Shown: one piece after another, positions 1 through 12,899 of the stretch | Layout of the letters: each line of letters opens with the position of its first letter | How positions within the stretch are numbered: the first letter of the stretch is position 1 | DNA from: Lama glama | Taxonomy: Eukaryota | Reading direction: 5' to 3' | NCBI GenBank assembly: GCA_028534125.1 | Contig: CM052818.1 | Coordinates: 16,060,001-16,124,000 of the forward strand | DNA length: 64,000 nucleotides | Notes under the pieces: generated by a model | Told to the model about the DNA's origin: nothing | What the model saw: only the letters and a program-made list of their open reading frames with translations | The model's database searches: none | Position numbers and translations under genes: made by a program

Positions 1-99
1 AAGCTGTTACTCCTCCAATTCTTCCATCCAAACACCTCTACATTATAGAAAGCAGGAACTTAATTCTCTGGAGCTGACATCATCATTAAAATTAATCCT

Positions 100-190
100 G
101 AACCCTGTTGGAAGGATACTCCTTACAGCTAACACTGCTGTCAAACTATAGGGGATCCAAACCTGACTTTGTGCTTCTCAACTGAAAAGG
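100..190 (+). pseudogene. pol: ERV pol integrase C-terminal remnant
   Basis: Manual translation gives EPCWK (100-114) then LLTANTAVKL*GIQT*LCASQLKR (119-190). This resembles the gammaretroviral IN tail PRWKGPYxVLLTTPTAVKxxGIxxWIHxSHLK, with stops and loss of the GPY segment. Confidence 0.8.
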
Positions 191-389
191 TATAAATGCT
201 GTTCTGAAAGGAAGTCCACTCCAAATGGAAACCTTAAGTTGAGCCTCTCTCGAGAGTCCCCTGAAACGGACAGAACCATGAGATAGATAGCTTTAAGATA
301 AGCTGATGACGTAATGAAGTGGTCAGTTTCCACCCAAGATACTAGAACACAGTCTCCTAGGATTCCTTTAACTACTTCTTGTTCTCATT

Positions 390-1900
390 ATGTTTATGCT
401 CTCATTATGGTCCTCCCTGGCTTCGTCCTTCTCTATAACTCCCACATCAACTTTGCTATCCCTGTAACTCTCTACATTGAACCATAACTTTTCATAATAA
501 GCTTTATATTGTACTATCTCTACCCTCTCTTCTGTCTTGTGACCTATTACCCCTTTAATAATTTCTCCATCCTTATAAGAACCCCCAAATCTATGACATT
601 CCTTTACTTAATTTATAACACAATCTCACAACTCTACTTTCAATTGCTGGTTATTTATTAGCCTTTGGTTTCCCCTAAATTCCTTTGCCTGTCTCAGATT
701 TAAGGTCATCCTTTGTGTTATCATTCAGTGGCTCTTTTGTTGAACCTCCTTCAGTTTCAATACTTTTCAAAAACAAGCTTCTATTGTAACATAACCGACA
801 GCCCTTTCATGGGCCTAAAACTATTTGTGATCAAATATACTTGCCATCAGTACAAATACATACACTGTTACCATGGGAGGCAGGAGTACATGAATGTAAT
901 AAGAGTTAGATGATCCTAAATATAATTTTACCCGGTATGCTTGGGACCGTTCATTCTGTAAGCAACAACCTGATCACTATCTTCTTCTTAGTTGGATGAG
1001 ACAGTATCTCTAGCAAAAGAGCTTATATGAATTCTAAGATGCAAAGCTGTGGGAAAATTATTTCCCAAACCTGGATAGTCCTTAATAGGGTGTAGTGGTG
1101 ACTAGTGGTATTGCTAATTGAACTGGATCCTGCTAACTATCAAATTTAAATAGTGCTTATCAAATTTTTAACTAACTGCTTTTTTCTCTCATCTTAATCT
1201 TTAATTTTTTCCCATTCCATTATCTTTAATTTTTCCAGGCACTAGATGAGCCCAAAAGTCTACGCAAACATGTTAAAGCTACAAACTCAGGCACATAATA
1301 GCAGTCCTAGAAGGAGGCTGTGACCTTCTTTTTTCCCAGGTTCTTAAGAAACCTTAGAAGAGGAGGTTAAAAGGTTGAGAGTAAACCTAAAAGACTTGAC
1401 AGCAGATCATGAATAAACAACCTTTGTGCCTAAAGCTGTTGTTGTATGGGCCACTTCAGAAATCTGCCAGAACTCTATGATCTTCCTTGCTCTACTCCAG
1501 AAAATATCCATGACTGTGGACAACACTGCCAGAACTTCCAATATCATTGCCAAAGAACTACAGAAATTCAGTCAGTGGTCCTTCACAATCATCTGCACAT
1601 GACTCTGGCTTTCTGAAGAGGCACTTGCACAGTGCTTGGAATAAGACTGCTGTTCATGTTTCTAGAATCCTCTGATGTCATGTCATCACCAAATTATTTA
1701 GGTTGTAAATTGGGAAACTGTCAGATTGCCACTGTTATCCTTGTTCTACTATCTGAATGAAGATGCGTCAGGTCCAACATCTTGAAATCTTCAAGCTACC
1801 TCTAAGCCCCATATCTTAGTTTTACTCACTTGTTTGAACTTTGGTACTTTTTAAAAACAAATTTTATACCTAGATATATATTTTTGTTAAGTGCCTGATC
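390..1900 (+). pseudogene. env: ERV env pseudogene (gamma-type), heavily disrupted; boundaries approximate
   Basis: NCWLF at 642-656 (decayed CWLC). NTARTSNIIAKELQKF from 1522, frameshift, then SVVLHNHL (from 1572, ISD-like VVLQNRxxLD). GTCTVLGI, frameshift, DCC gives the CX6CC motif at about 1620-1652. Confidence 0.75.
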
Positions 1901-2081
1901 TCTAAGACCCCCAGGTAGCTGTCAGTCTTACATCAGACTCACGATATAATACAGCTAGTCCTTCAGCGCCAGTAAGAATGTGAAGGGCACCTTACCCCTA
2001 AAATCCTTAACCTGACAAAGAGTCATTCCATTCCTAATAGTGTCTGAGGGCAGACTTTGTCTTTTACACAACAGTGGAGAC

Positions 2082-2486
2082 TGATTAAATGTTCACAACT
2101 GGATACTTCTTACACTCTGCTTTGTCTTGACTGAACTAAATTTAGTCAGCTTTGTCTCCTTTCTACAGGCCCCTGAACACTGTTGCCCCAAGCATGTGCA
2201 AGCACTAAATACATGGAATATGCCCCTCTTATCAGCTTCTCCTGGGATTCAACTGACCACAGACAGCCTTTCCTTGACAGATCCTACGGTCATTTCTTTT
2301 TGCATGTCCAGCTTCCCCTTATCTTTAACTCTGTTTTATCCTTGTTTACTCCATAAAATTGAAAAAAAATTTTGCTTGATTGAAATGCTTGCAGGTTTCT
2401 GAGACTGGAGTGTTTTTCCTATGGCAATTGTTTTCCTTCTGAATAAAACTTCTACTTTCTAAGTTTGGACTTGTTTTTATTTGACA
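2082..2486 (+). mobile_element. 3' LTR of the ERV1 provirus
   Basis: Starts TG after a purine-rich AGTGGAGA tract, has AATAAA at 2442-2447 and ends TTTATTTGACA at 2486. Confidence 0.65.
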
Positions 2487-3020
2487 GCAATATTTGCTGC
2501 AATGTAATTTATAATACCATAACTAATACATAAACAAAGAAACATGAAGACTTAAATATCAATAAAATATAATAATGGGAAAATGAAATTGTGGTTTATT
2601 AATTCATAAAATGGAATAATATTTAGGAGATAAAATGACTAAACTAGAGCTAATTAATTCTAAAGCAACACTGCCTAAATGCACATTATGAAAGGGGGAG
2701 AAAGATAGCACAGTATGATACAGTTTATATGAAGCTCAAAATCTCTCAAGTATTTGGTTCTGCATATGGTTTATATATATGTACATATGCAGTAGAAGAA
2801 CTAATGTGTAAATAGGCACTGATTCTATCCGAGGAAAAAAGAAAAGGAATGTTTGGGCAGGAAAACAAGGTGGAATAAGCTGTATTGGTAAATCTTTCAT
2901 TTATGTAAGATAAAATACAAATACAACAAAATGTCAACATTTCTTAAACCTGGGTGACACACATGGGAATTTGTTATTTTATTCTTTGCATGTTTCGTGT
3001 ATTTCAAGTATTTCATAGTA
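2487..3020 (+). mobile_element. Ancient L1 (L1M) 3' fragment
   Basis: Degenerate L1 3' text such as 'aaattgtggtttatt..cataaaatggaata' and 'acagtatgatacagtttatatgaagctcaaaa'. Confidence 0.6.
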
Positions 3021-4119
3021 AATCAAACAAACATAGAAGGAAACTCTAGAACACCAGGGACTGCTGATAAGTAAAAAGTTGTTTCTGAACCAAAATTCCC
3101 TAGCAAATGCAAATACAAGGACTTTATCAGTAATTCTTGCCCTGTGCCCAGAGAAGGGATCCACAGAATTCCCAGTCCTTTGTTGTCAATTCTCTGCCGA
3201 AACCTAGGCTAATTTTCCCATCACTCTAATACGTTTATTAAAGGTAGAAATTGTACATGTATGGGTATTTCCAAAAACAACCTCTTTATTTTACTGAAAC
3301 ATACAAATCAAGCACAAATTATTTTTAATTAAATGATGATTTAAGAAAGAAGTATTTGTGTATGTTATTTATTTTGCTTCTTTATTTAAAATAAGAGATT
3401 TTGCTAATAAAGAAGATAAATTAATCATAGACCTTTAATTCTATCTGCTTTTACTGGGCAGGAAAAATCAATGTATAATACTGAAGGGCAGTTATCTTTA
3501 AAGTTTTTGACCATATATCCTTCAAAAGAATATTTTAAAGTTATATACCTTCTCAAACATTTTAAAATTTGCATATATTTATCTTAAAAATCATAACCTT
3601 AAATAGATATTGAGATATGTTTTTCAGACTCAGTTTATTCTGTGGTTGCCTGACCTGACTTTAATGCCTTTTCAGTACATGCAAAGAATTTCAAAGGAAC
3701 TAGAATGAAATTAGCCCAAAGACTTTGTTTTTGTGTTGTTTTAATTAGCAAAAAAATGTGTTTGTTTTTAATTTTTGTTCATCATCATGAGTGTTGGAAA
3801 ATCTAACCCCACAGCCATTATTTTAAAAATTTGTTTCACGAAACATCTTGGCATTTGTAGGAAAAAATTTACTGAAGTAAGAAATAGGATATTATGTATC
3901 AGATGTAATTAAATCATTGAACTAATGGAAGTGTGCAAACAAAATTTATTTTTCCTCCAAGTGAGAACATTCACATTTTTATACATTACTGTAAAAAGGC
4001 AAGGTTTCACACTTCTAATGTACCTTATTTTGGGACATCATATGAAAGAGGCTGTAATAATTTTTGTTAAAAGTGGCTGCGTAAAGACACAGTTCCATTA
4101 AATACATTTACAAGTATAA

Positions 4120-4270
4120 CTGGTTAGAACTGCAGTCAACTGATTCTTAGCTTTAACTAAGTATGTGAACATGGGTCAGTTACTTAACTCCTCTAATCCT
4201 CTACTTCTCAGGCCTGTGGGAAATAAAGGCTGTAGTATATGCGGAAGCATTTTATAAATGTGATATGCTG
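4120..4270 (+). mobile_element. MIR SINE fragment
   Basis: MIR core-like 'tatgtgaacatgggtcagttacttaactcctctaatcctctacttctca'. Confidence 0.55.
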
Positions 4271-5199
4271 GTGTTAGCCTACTTGGATCTAAACTGTGGA
4301 AAACTTTATTTTTGTTTATCTGACACATAATAGGATATTAGTATTTCCCTGTTAAGTCATGAAACAATGAATGGACACATTTTTTTCTAAATACTTTTGA
4401 TAATACTTGTTTAACGTGAAAGAATATGTATATTCATATATACATTATTTACAGGAGTAAATTGTATGTGAGTATGTGTGTATGTTCTTTGGAGGAAGGC
4501 AGTGTTAGGAAGAGAAAACGCAAAAAAATAGTTCAAAACTATAAGAGTTTTAAGATAAAGCCAGACAGATCAAAAAAATAAGCTAACAGAATAAAAGTTT
4601 GAACCATAGAGATTTATCTAGGTTTTTCTCCCCCTAGGATTTCTGATTAAAAAACAAACTGACTTGGATGGGGGAACAATACCAATAAATCAACAAAAGA
4701 GAAATGGGCTACTGAGTATCTAAGATATTGGTCAATATGCTTTTTTTTTAGATCCACAGAAAATGTACTAATATTGTTCATCTACTTCTCCACCTCCAAA
4801 AACATAGCAAGTACAAACTAAATGAAGAGTCCTACAATGAAGAATGTAGCTTGAACTTACATAGTTATCAAAGGAATAAAGCCAAATACTTCTGTTCTTA
4901 GAAACAATGATCAGTACATATACGTAAACTAAAAAATATGTGCAGTATACAGTACATATGTATTTACATGCAATATAATGTATATGTGCAGTTGAACTGT
5001 AATAATTCTACCTAATAAAACTGAAAAAGAAAAAAAAAGAAAGTAGCTTGAGCAACAAGAAAAACTAGAAACTGATGAGAAAAAAAGACAAAATTACAAA
5101 TTTGAAAATAAATTGTAAATTTTACATTAAAAATATTTGCAGCCTGGTGTTATATAATACAATCATCAAATAGCATTAAAATTAATAGCATATGGATTT

Positions 5200-5291
5200 T
5201 TGTTTGTTTGTTTTATGAGGGGGAGGTAATTAGCTTTATTTATTTATTTATATTTGGAGGAGGTACTTGGGATTGAGCTATACCCTCCCCC
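5200..5291 (-). mobile_element. Camelid tRNA-derived SINE (vic-1-like), internally deleted
   Basis: The reverse strand starts GGGGGAGGGTATAGCTCA and has a (TAAA)n tail. Flanked by catatggattt (5189-5199) and catatgaattt (5294-5304) as a TSD. Colinear with the copy at 19734. Confidence 0.85.
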
Positions 5292-6189
5292 TACATATGA
5301 ATTTAATAGTGATGATCTCAGATTATCAAGTAAGTGTAAAAGTACGTTTACTGTTCTCCATTTTGAAGTAATTTTTAGAGCGATTTCAATGCAAGCTATA
5401 GTAAAACACCAGAATAACATGTCATTTAACAGTATGAATTTGGATATAATTCATTTGGCTAGAATTCTCCATGCAAACCTCTTCTAAACATCTTGTGCTG
5501 TGGGATTGAGGACTTCATGGGCACAATGTGGAGGGGGAGGGGAAGCCAGGAAGGCAAATAGCATGCAATCTACAGTCAGTAAGCAGACAAGGAAATGAAT
5601 TTCCTCACCTTCAGTATTCTCTTTCTCTAGATTTTATATCTTTACATGAGGACAATATCTGGAAATCAAGTTTCAAGATTTCAAAAGGATTGACACTATT
5701 CTCCTTTAAGTCAGCCAGAAAACTCAGAATCGATCCACTGATATTTAATTCAAAATAGAAAACCACTACCAGGTAACTCCAAACTGCAGGCAGAACTGCA
5801 ATCTAAATAGTTCAGCCAAAGGCCTAGAACTCCCAGTCAGCTACTTGCACAAGTTTCGCTAGTGCGTATCACTAACCTTGCAATAACAGGACCCCGTGTT
5901 TAAGTTTGCACTTTGTGAATCCTACTTACCATTTGCAACAGATGTGTTTTTGTGCCCCATGTCGCAGTCCCTCGAGGCCAACTTTCATTTTAACTACAAC
6001 GGTGTTAAATCATTTCCACGCTGGATAAAAGCATTCCACCTTAAAAGCTTGCCAAATCTTACCAACTGTTTTGCCTCAGAGTTTTTCCAAAACCATGAGT
6101 TCTTGCTCACATTCATGCAGGGCAGTCTAGAAGTGCAGAAGATTTAATACACTAGGGGGTGTGGGTAGAAGGAAGGGAGCGGGGGATTG

Positions 6190-6445
6190 TGAGGCACTCC
6201 TGGATAAAATTGATATGTAAATGTCTTAGTCTTTTGAGACACTTACAGTGTCTCCCAAATGGGACTGAGTTCCAGTTGTCCAAGTAAATAACTAGCTCTT
6301 TAATGATATTTTATTTTCTCTTATTTCTTCCTTGATTTACTCTCCGGTTCTCACTCCTGCTGCCAGGTATCACATGCTTAAATAAACTACCTGCTCCCAA
6401 GTCTTTGTTTCAAGCTCTGATTTGGGGGGAACATTTACTAAGACA
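6190..6445 (+). mobile_element. Ancient ERVL-class LTR 3' part (LTR16/LTR33-like)
   Basis: Characteristic end 'aaataaactacctgctcccaagtctttgtttcaagctctgatttggggggaacatttactaagaca'. Confidence 0.7.
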
Positions 6446-7309
6446 CTGTTATAAGAGTTTCACCATATGTTTTTGGTACTTGAAGGTCTAGCACTGATTA
6501 CCTAAAAAATGCTATTTCTGATTACATACTAATTACAAAGAACAAAGCAAAAAAGAAGAGTAGTTACAGAGAGATTGGCAGGAACCCTAAGATAGTTAAA
6601 GAGGTTTCCATATGGCATAATATACTCTGGATGATCTGGGGCTCACCTACTTTTCTGATCTTATTGTTTATATCTATCTCCCTTGTTTATGATATCCTAT
6701 AACAATCTGTACACTTTCTTTTCTAGGGCTTTTCCATGTGCTAATCTTTTTTATTTTTTTTTTACCCCGGAAACATTATGACTTTGACATTCTTTGGGGG
6801 AAGCATTCCTTGATCTGTCAACTGAAAGAGAGTCAAACACTCTTGTTTCTTTATATATCCTTGACCTACTTAATCTTCCTTCATACCCCTTAGCACTACC
6901 TGAATTTTTCAACATTAGTCTCGTGGGTAGAAGAAATAAAATATTAATTTAAGGTTAGTGTCCATTTGGCAGACAGTTTTTGAAACGGAGAATTCAAGGA
7001 CCCAATCTTGTTATTTCTTTCTATAAGTCATCCTATGCACTGACTTGGTGTTTCCCATACATGTCGTTATAGTCATCGCTATTGCCATAAATGCCAGGTG
7101 TGGCATTCACTTGGGCTCCCAAGAAACTTGCTTCAGTGGGCACCTCATTGCAATTAAGCATAGTTTATAGTTTGATTATTTATAGTGTCATTTCTTTCAT
7201 GTTATTTGTGACTAGCAACACATTTCCAAATGTGTTGGAATTTCAGGACTGCGCTCAAGCCAAAGTCCTGATTGAACCAATCCTCAAATCCCATTCCTAG
7301 TACCAATTC

Positions 7310-8080
7310 TATATTAGGGGCCAACTGGGAGACAAAAGCCAGAGAAATGTTATTATACAGAATCATTATCAATAGCAGAGGGTTGTAGTAAAGGGATATT
7401 AGCTGCCAAGGGTTAAAGAGAATTCTAAAGGAAACAGGGATATTAAATATAGAGAAGTCATTACCGTTAAGGTTGGAGCAGAGCACACATTTAAGGACAT
7501 CTGAAAGAGCACTCCCTGCCTCAAGACCCCCTAAGAGAGGGTACAAGTATGATGCACTAGGTGGTAAAGACATTCTTTGAGTTGCAGCACTGATGTAAAT
7601 TTCTAGGAATCTATCCTCTGGGGGTTTGGGGAAACCAACCACACAAAAGTTCTGTGCTGTGAAAGTGGCTGGGAATCTACCCTCTGGGGTGCCAAAGCCT
7701 TCAGTAGGGAGATGCTGTAACTCAAATCTTCTGGCAACTTTTGGGGAGATGAAAGGAGCTATCTACAGGGAAATAGCATGCAAGAAGGTCACTGGGAATC
7801 AGCCATCATTACTAGTACCTTAGGATGATTCTCTCTGGGATTCTTGGGGATGCTGTCCATGGGGAAGTGGCACTGATGGCTGCTACTTGCTGCAGGAGCC
7901 TATCAAGAGAGTACACAGAACCAAGAAGAAGCACCCCTTCCTTTTCCAGTATTCCTCCAGCGTCCTCTACTTACAAAGCTTCAAATTATGCCACCTCTCA
8001 AAAAAGAAATTTTTCAGTATCACAAGCAGAACAATGAAGTGTATACTTGGGGCTCAGAAGCAATATACTGATAACTAACA
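7310..8080 (-). mobile_element. Ancient solo LTR with internal short repeats
   Basis: Purine/GC-richer block bounded by 'tatattaggggccaactgggagac' and 'gataactaacaca', with repeated 'ggaatcta(t/c)cctctgggg' units at about 7606 and 7672. Confidence 0.55.
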
Positions 8081-8089
8081 CACTAGACA

Positions 8090-8560
8090 TTATAAGAAGC
8101 AGGACCATATGCCACAAAGTCAAGAGAAAGATAGAAGAATAAACTCATGGAGATACAGATGACTTGGTATTGGCAGATTAGAATTTTATGATTTCTATGT
8201 TCCAAAAAAAAAGGAAACATTGATATTAAGAAAGTGCTGGACTCCATAAGAAAATCAAATGGATATTCTAGAAGTGAAAAATATAGTAATTAGAACTAAT
8301 TTTTATTTAAATATAAAAACACAAAATTAAGAATTCAATATATGGGGTTAATAACAATTATTAAAAAACTTAATTAGTAACCCTGAAAGTAGTACAGTAG
8401 GAAATATCCCAAATGAAACACAAAGAGGGAAAAAAGAAAAGAATGAAAAAGCCAATAAAGCCTATATGGCATGATAGGGTGAAAAAACCCCACATATTTA
8501 ATAGAAGTCTCCAAAAGAGAGGAACAAATGAGCCAGAGAGGGAAAACAAGAACAAAAACA
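8090..8560 (+). mobile_element. Ancient L1 ORF1 fragment
   Basis: A-rich text 'aatcaaatggatattctagaagtgaaaaatatagta' (NQMDILEVKNIV). The ORF at 8413, 'IKPIWHDRVKKPHIF', resembles the ORF1p segment LWDxIKRxNI. Confidence 0.65.
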
Positions 8561-10479
8561 AAAAACTGCTGGCTCTGCTTGACTTACGGGCAATGGGCAT
8601 TTCTAGCTTCAAATGCTCTCCCTTGAATTCAAGAATCTGTCCTTTCATAGAAGACCATGGTGTGCCAATTTCCCCCACCACATTAATTTAAGAGAACATG
8701 CAGAATTTCATAATATGATGAACAAATGTTGAATAGGTTGAGATTTAGAAGACTGAAATGGTCAGAAGGCTGTTTCCGAGGACTTAGAATGCCACTAAAA
8801 CAATTTAATGTAATGCCATTGTAATTATATCTTAAAGGGATTCTTCTGGTGGTCTGCATTTGCTTTTTTATCCTGTGGAGTGACCAACAGTATAAAAGCT
8901 TCTATATAAATTAGTTGAGTAAACAATCAGTCTTGCAAAGTGGCTATTCCCAGTAGCTTGAATGATGACTAATGATTTCATTTCATAACTATCCTGAGAT
9001 AAAAGAAGACTCTACTGAGTACATAAAAATTACAAAGTTGAGATTAGATGTTAGTATTTGCTTTTATACCAGGTAAAGTTAGGAGATGAAACTCAGAAGG
9101 TACCAGCACCACATATAACTTTTTACTGAACAAGTCTATGTTCTATTCCTTTTCCCAAAGATTTCATTTCACACAAAGCTTTTAACATAATAAAAAGTGT
9201 TAACTCTTGAATTATAGATCCTCTTTGAATTTTAAGTAAATGCTGGTTCACAGGTAGTCCGTATCATTTATTTGGGGTTTAAGCAAAAGATAAATTTTAA
9301 AACTGCCTATGTATCTCAGGAGAGTTAGTCTTCTTTGACTCCGTTTCTGAAATTATTAATGTAAATAGAATATAAGAAAATATGACTCAAAAGACATTGA
9401 AATTGCTTACAAATGACTTGAAATGTAATTTCAACTTTTCTGATTGCTGTCTGTTAAGTATGTGGAAGGAAGAAATTGCCACTCAGTATTTGAAAAACTG
9501 TTTATTTCTTGCTCAGCAATGGAGAGTTATGCTTGTAACACACAGTGTCTCTGAACAAAGAACACTGCTGTTCTTATATATGGGTTTTGGGAAATGTGTA
9601 TCAGAAATTGGTGGGCTATTAGAGGCAGAAATTTAGGAATTGGATGACTTTTGGCCTCAGTTACAGGACTGTGGCTGCCACTAACTGGGTGACCTTCAGA
9701 CTGAAGGACAGTCTGACCATGGGACAAAGTTCTCATTTGTTGGGATAGTTTTAGAATCAGTTTTGGAAATTTATTTCTAATAAGGCAAATAATAATCAGT
9801 ATTTCTGTAAGAGAATAGAAGCATTTTTATTTTCAAGTGTAACAATACAAGAATAATATACCTTCAAAATAAACAGAAATGCAGCCTTCTCTATCTCCAT
9901 TGTCTGATACACCGAATGATATAAATAAAAGAGGAAAATAAATTGCAGGTTAGTCGTATAAATAGGAAGACGGTAAACAAATCTGTGGGGGACTATAGTA
10001 AATAGTCAAGTTTCAATGATCTCTATATAGTTTATCCATGTTAACAGAAATAAATTTAAAGAAAGCAAATTTAAGTGGCTGCCTTTTTGCAGAGAATGAA
10101 AAAAAGCCAAACACATATTTATTTTAATCACATTTGCAAAAATGAACTGCCTATCATATTTTTCAGCTTCAATTAGGATATGCCATATTCTCCTATTAAG
10201 ATCTCTTAAGTCCAATTGTGTACAGAATCCAAAAACCACAATTAGAAATTTAGTTCATTTTGATGAACAAATGACTTATTCAAAGTTTGTGCAATATTTA
10301 GGAAGAGGCCAAACTTTTATTTTCCTTTAAAGATTTCCTATTTCAATCAAGTTAACATAAATACAGAAAAGTAGGTATCTCCCATCTAATTATCTTCAAA
10401 ATGCAACTGCTGTGCTAAAGAGAATTGAAAGATGTTATTGTGTTGGAGAAAGAGAATGAAACTAGATTTGTTTAACCCC

Positions 10480-10730
10480 TGCTATTTTTTGAGGTGCCAT
10501 TCCATGTAATCATATTGTGTTCTCATGTTATCTATTTAATTTTCACAGTAGCTGTCTTACTTTCTTTATGAAAAACACCACATATAAATAAACAAATAAT
10601 CTTTATTGTTAGTTTTAGAGATGAACGATCTATGACTCAGAAAGATCTGATCAATTTCTCTGGTTAAAAAAATAAATCAAGGGAGCTGGGACTCAAATCC
10701 AGCCATTCCTAACATGTAAACCCATGGGAG
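10480..10730 (-). mobile_element. MIR SINE
   Basis: 'ttttagagatgaacgatctatgactcagaaag...ggagctgggactcaaatccagcc'. Confidence 0.65.
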
Positions 10731-10939
10731 CTATATGACAAAATAAAATTAGAACTTACTGCTTCTTCCCCATTGCAAATTAACCTAAATCTTGGTGAAT
10801 TACTCTATGCTGTTAATATCAAGAATGTTTAATCATGGGACCCATAATTTCTGTTATCTAACCTGTATTTGATTTTGTGGGAGAAACAGCTTAATTTGCC
10901 AAATGGGTTATGTTGATTGTGACTCAGTTACACTTTTCA

Positions 10940-11310
10940 GCATATATTATTTACAGAGTTTCCCACTGCCCTGCAAATTGAGCCATATACCATGCACAGT
11001 GAAGTGCTTGCCCTGGAGGAATTCAAGGAGGCCAGCTCTAATAGTCTATTTTGTTTTTTAAAGTGTCGGCATTTCAGCTTATTGGAAGGTACATGATAGA
11101 ACAATGCTTCCCCCTTTTCGGTAAATGATGCCACATTTCTTGTTGTTTTCCAATTTTCTAGCTCTCTGTAGTGCTCCATGACTTTCCAGCCACAATTGTG
11201 ACTGTGCTGGGTAGTTTATTAGTCAATTCCTTCAACACCCAGGGATCCATTTTATTTGGTCCTGCTGGTTTATGTATGTTCACATTTTTAAGAAAGTATT
11301 CCCTAGTGAG
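10940..11310 (-). mobile_element. CR1/L3 LINE ORF2 relic
   Basis: The minus strand reads FLKNVNIHKPAGPNKMDPWVLKELTNKLPSTVTIVAGKSWST, then after a frameshift ENWKTTRNVASFTEKG. This matches the CR1 ORF2 pre-RT motif KSxGPDxxHPRVLKELA...IFEKSW...DWKxANVxPIFKKG. Confidence 0.85.
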
Positions 11311-12899
11311 TTTTAGTCAGTAGTCATTTTTTCATTTCTTTCCAGTTCTGTAAACTTCATTTTCTTTACCAGCTTTGCTTTTTTATGTTATACTGTCTCC
11401 AGTTTTTATTCTCTTCTTGTTTCCTGTGAATCATGAGCTTTAAAAAATTAGCTAATTTTCTCATCTCTTCAGAGACACTACACATTTCTCTACTTTTTTT
11501 CTTTTTGCTGTTGCAACCTAGGTTTTCTGAAATTACATTGAATACTATTACTGTAAGTTTCCCTCTGGCTTTATCCCAGATTCTATCCTGTTTATTCCCA
11601 TTATTTTATATAGCCTTACTACTTCAGTACATTAGAGCCTACCCTTCCGATTACCAGGCTATGGAGACTCCAGCTCATAACTTTTACACCTAAGTTCTCT
11701 ATTAAATTGTTTGATGAAATAATACCCATAGTAGAAAAAAGACAACTGTGGTAATATAGCACACACACACACACAATTAACATGAGGTGATAAGTTTATG
11801 TTGCCTAGTGTTAAGTATGAGATTCATATGCCTAAGTTACACTTCATGAATATTGGCCCTACATATTAATTATGCTGTGGCTTTGTATTTGGACTCTTTC
11901 ACATATATCCTGTTTAGCAAAAGTAGAAGAGCTACCAGAAGTGAAAGAATTAACCAAACCAGGATACGCATGGCTCCTATGGAGCTGTGTTTCTGATCTC
12001 ATACATTGGCAATTGCCTTTACATTTTAAAAGTTCTTTTTGGGAACCACACAAAGTAAATTCGAAATGTTGGGCATTCCTTTCAGGTTCCAGGGAAGGTT
12101 ATAGCAGCCTTTATAAAGACAAATGTCTTTCTATAATTCTCACTTAGCTCCTAATATGTATCTTCTTTTTTATCCACCTGAAAATGCTATAAAATTTGCA
12201 CTTGAGAATATAGAATGGGACTTTCCCTGTGTTTCTTTTCCTGTGTTTTATTAGTCTTGATGGGTCAAAAGTCTTGCTAAGACACATAATACTGAATTTA
12301 CTGAATACAATGGAATAAGCTACAGACATATTTAATATACATGAAGATAGGATATCATGGTAAAGCACTTGTTGGCAGAGACCATTTCAGTATGGGGTAC
12401 TGATTCTTATTGGCTATAAGCAGATAGTAGAGTCTGTTGAGCTAGCTGTTGCTGACTAGGATTTTAAGAATGTAGTCAAAACTATTGGGGATATTATATA
12501 TATATTGGTATTTCCTTTAGTGGCATGTATGCATGTATACATTTAATCATACAGAGTCTCTCTCACATATCTGTTTATGCAATACATACACATGTATGCA
12601 TGCATGACATTTGATGAATGCACTTAAATGTTATTTTGGAACTACATTAGAAACATGCATTAGTGGATTTTATGCACATGCAAAAAATATGGAGGATTTT
12701 AAAATATGGAACCTTTGTTCACAATTTCAACTAATATATATTGGGTGCCTAATCTATACCATTTGAATCACATAAATTATTTCTCTTAATTATGAGTACA
12801 TTGAGACTGTGATCATATCATCAGGGCATACTGTAGAACAAAATGGAACAAGACAAAACATTTTAGTATTGTCCTCGTGTGAGTTACTTTCAGGAAAAG

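Larger units (their letters stand above)
1..2486 (+). mobile_element. Decayed class I (gammaretrovirus-like, ERV1) provirus, 3' portion: integrase tail, env relic, 3' LTR; the 5' part lies left of the window
   Basis: Motifs occur in the correct proviral order: integrase C-terminal motif (100-190), degenerate CWLC (642-656), TM heptad/ISD/CX6CC (1522-1652), purine-rich tract near 2073-2080, then a TG...CA LTR with AATAAA. Confidence 0.85.

Noticed and set aside
7202..7642. 146-aa minus-strand ORF
   Set aside because: Lies largely within an old LTR, has a non-ATG start and shows no recognisable domain.
11859..12147. Cys-containing peptide CGSQKELLKCKGNCQC, reminiscent of a CXC motif, and the opposite 91-aa ORF
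   Set aside because: The motif is incomplete, with no supporting transposase or gene context and no splice structure.
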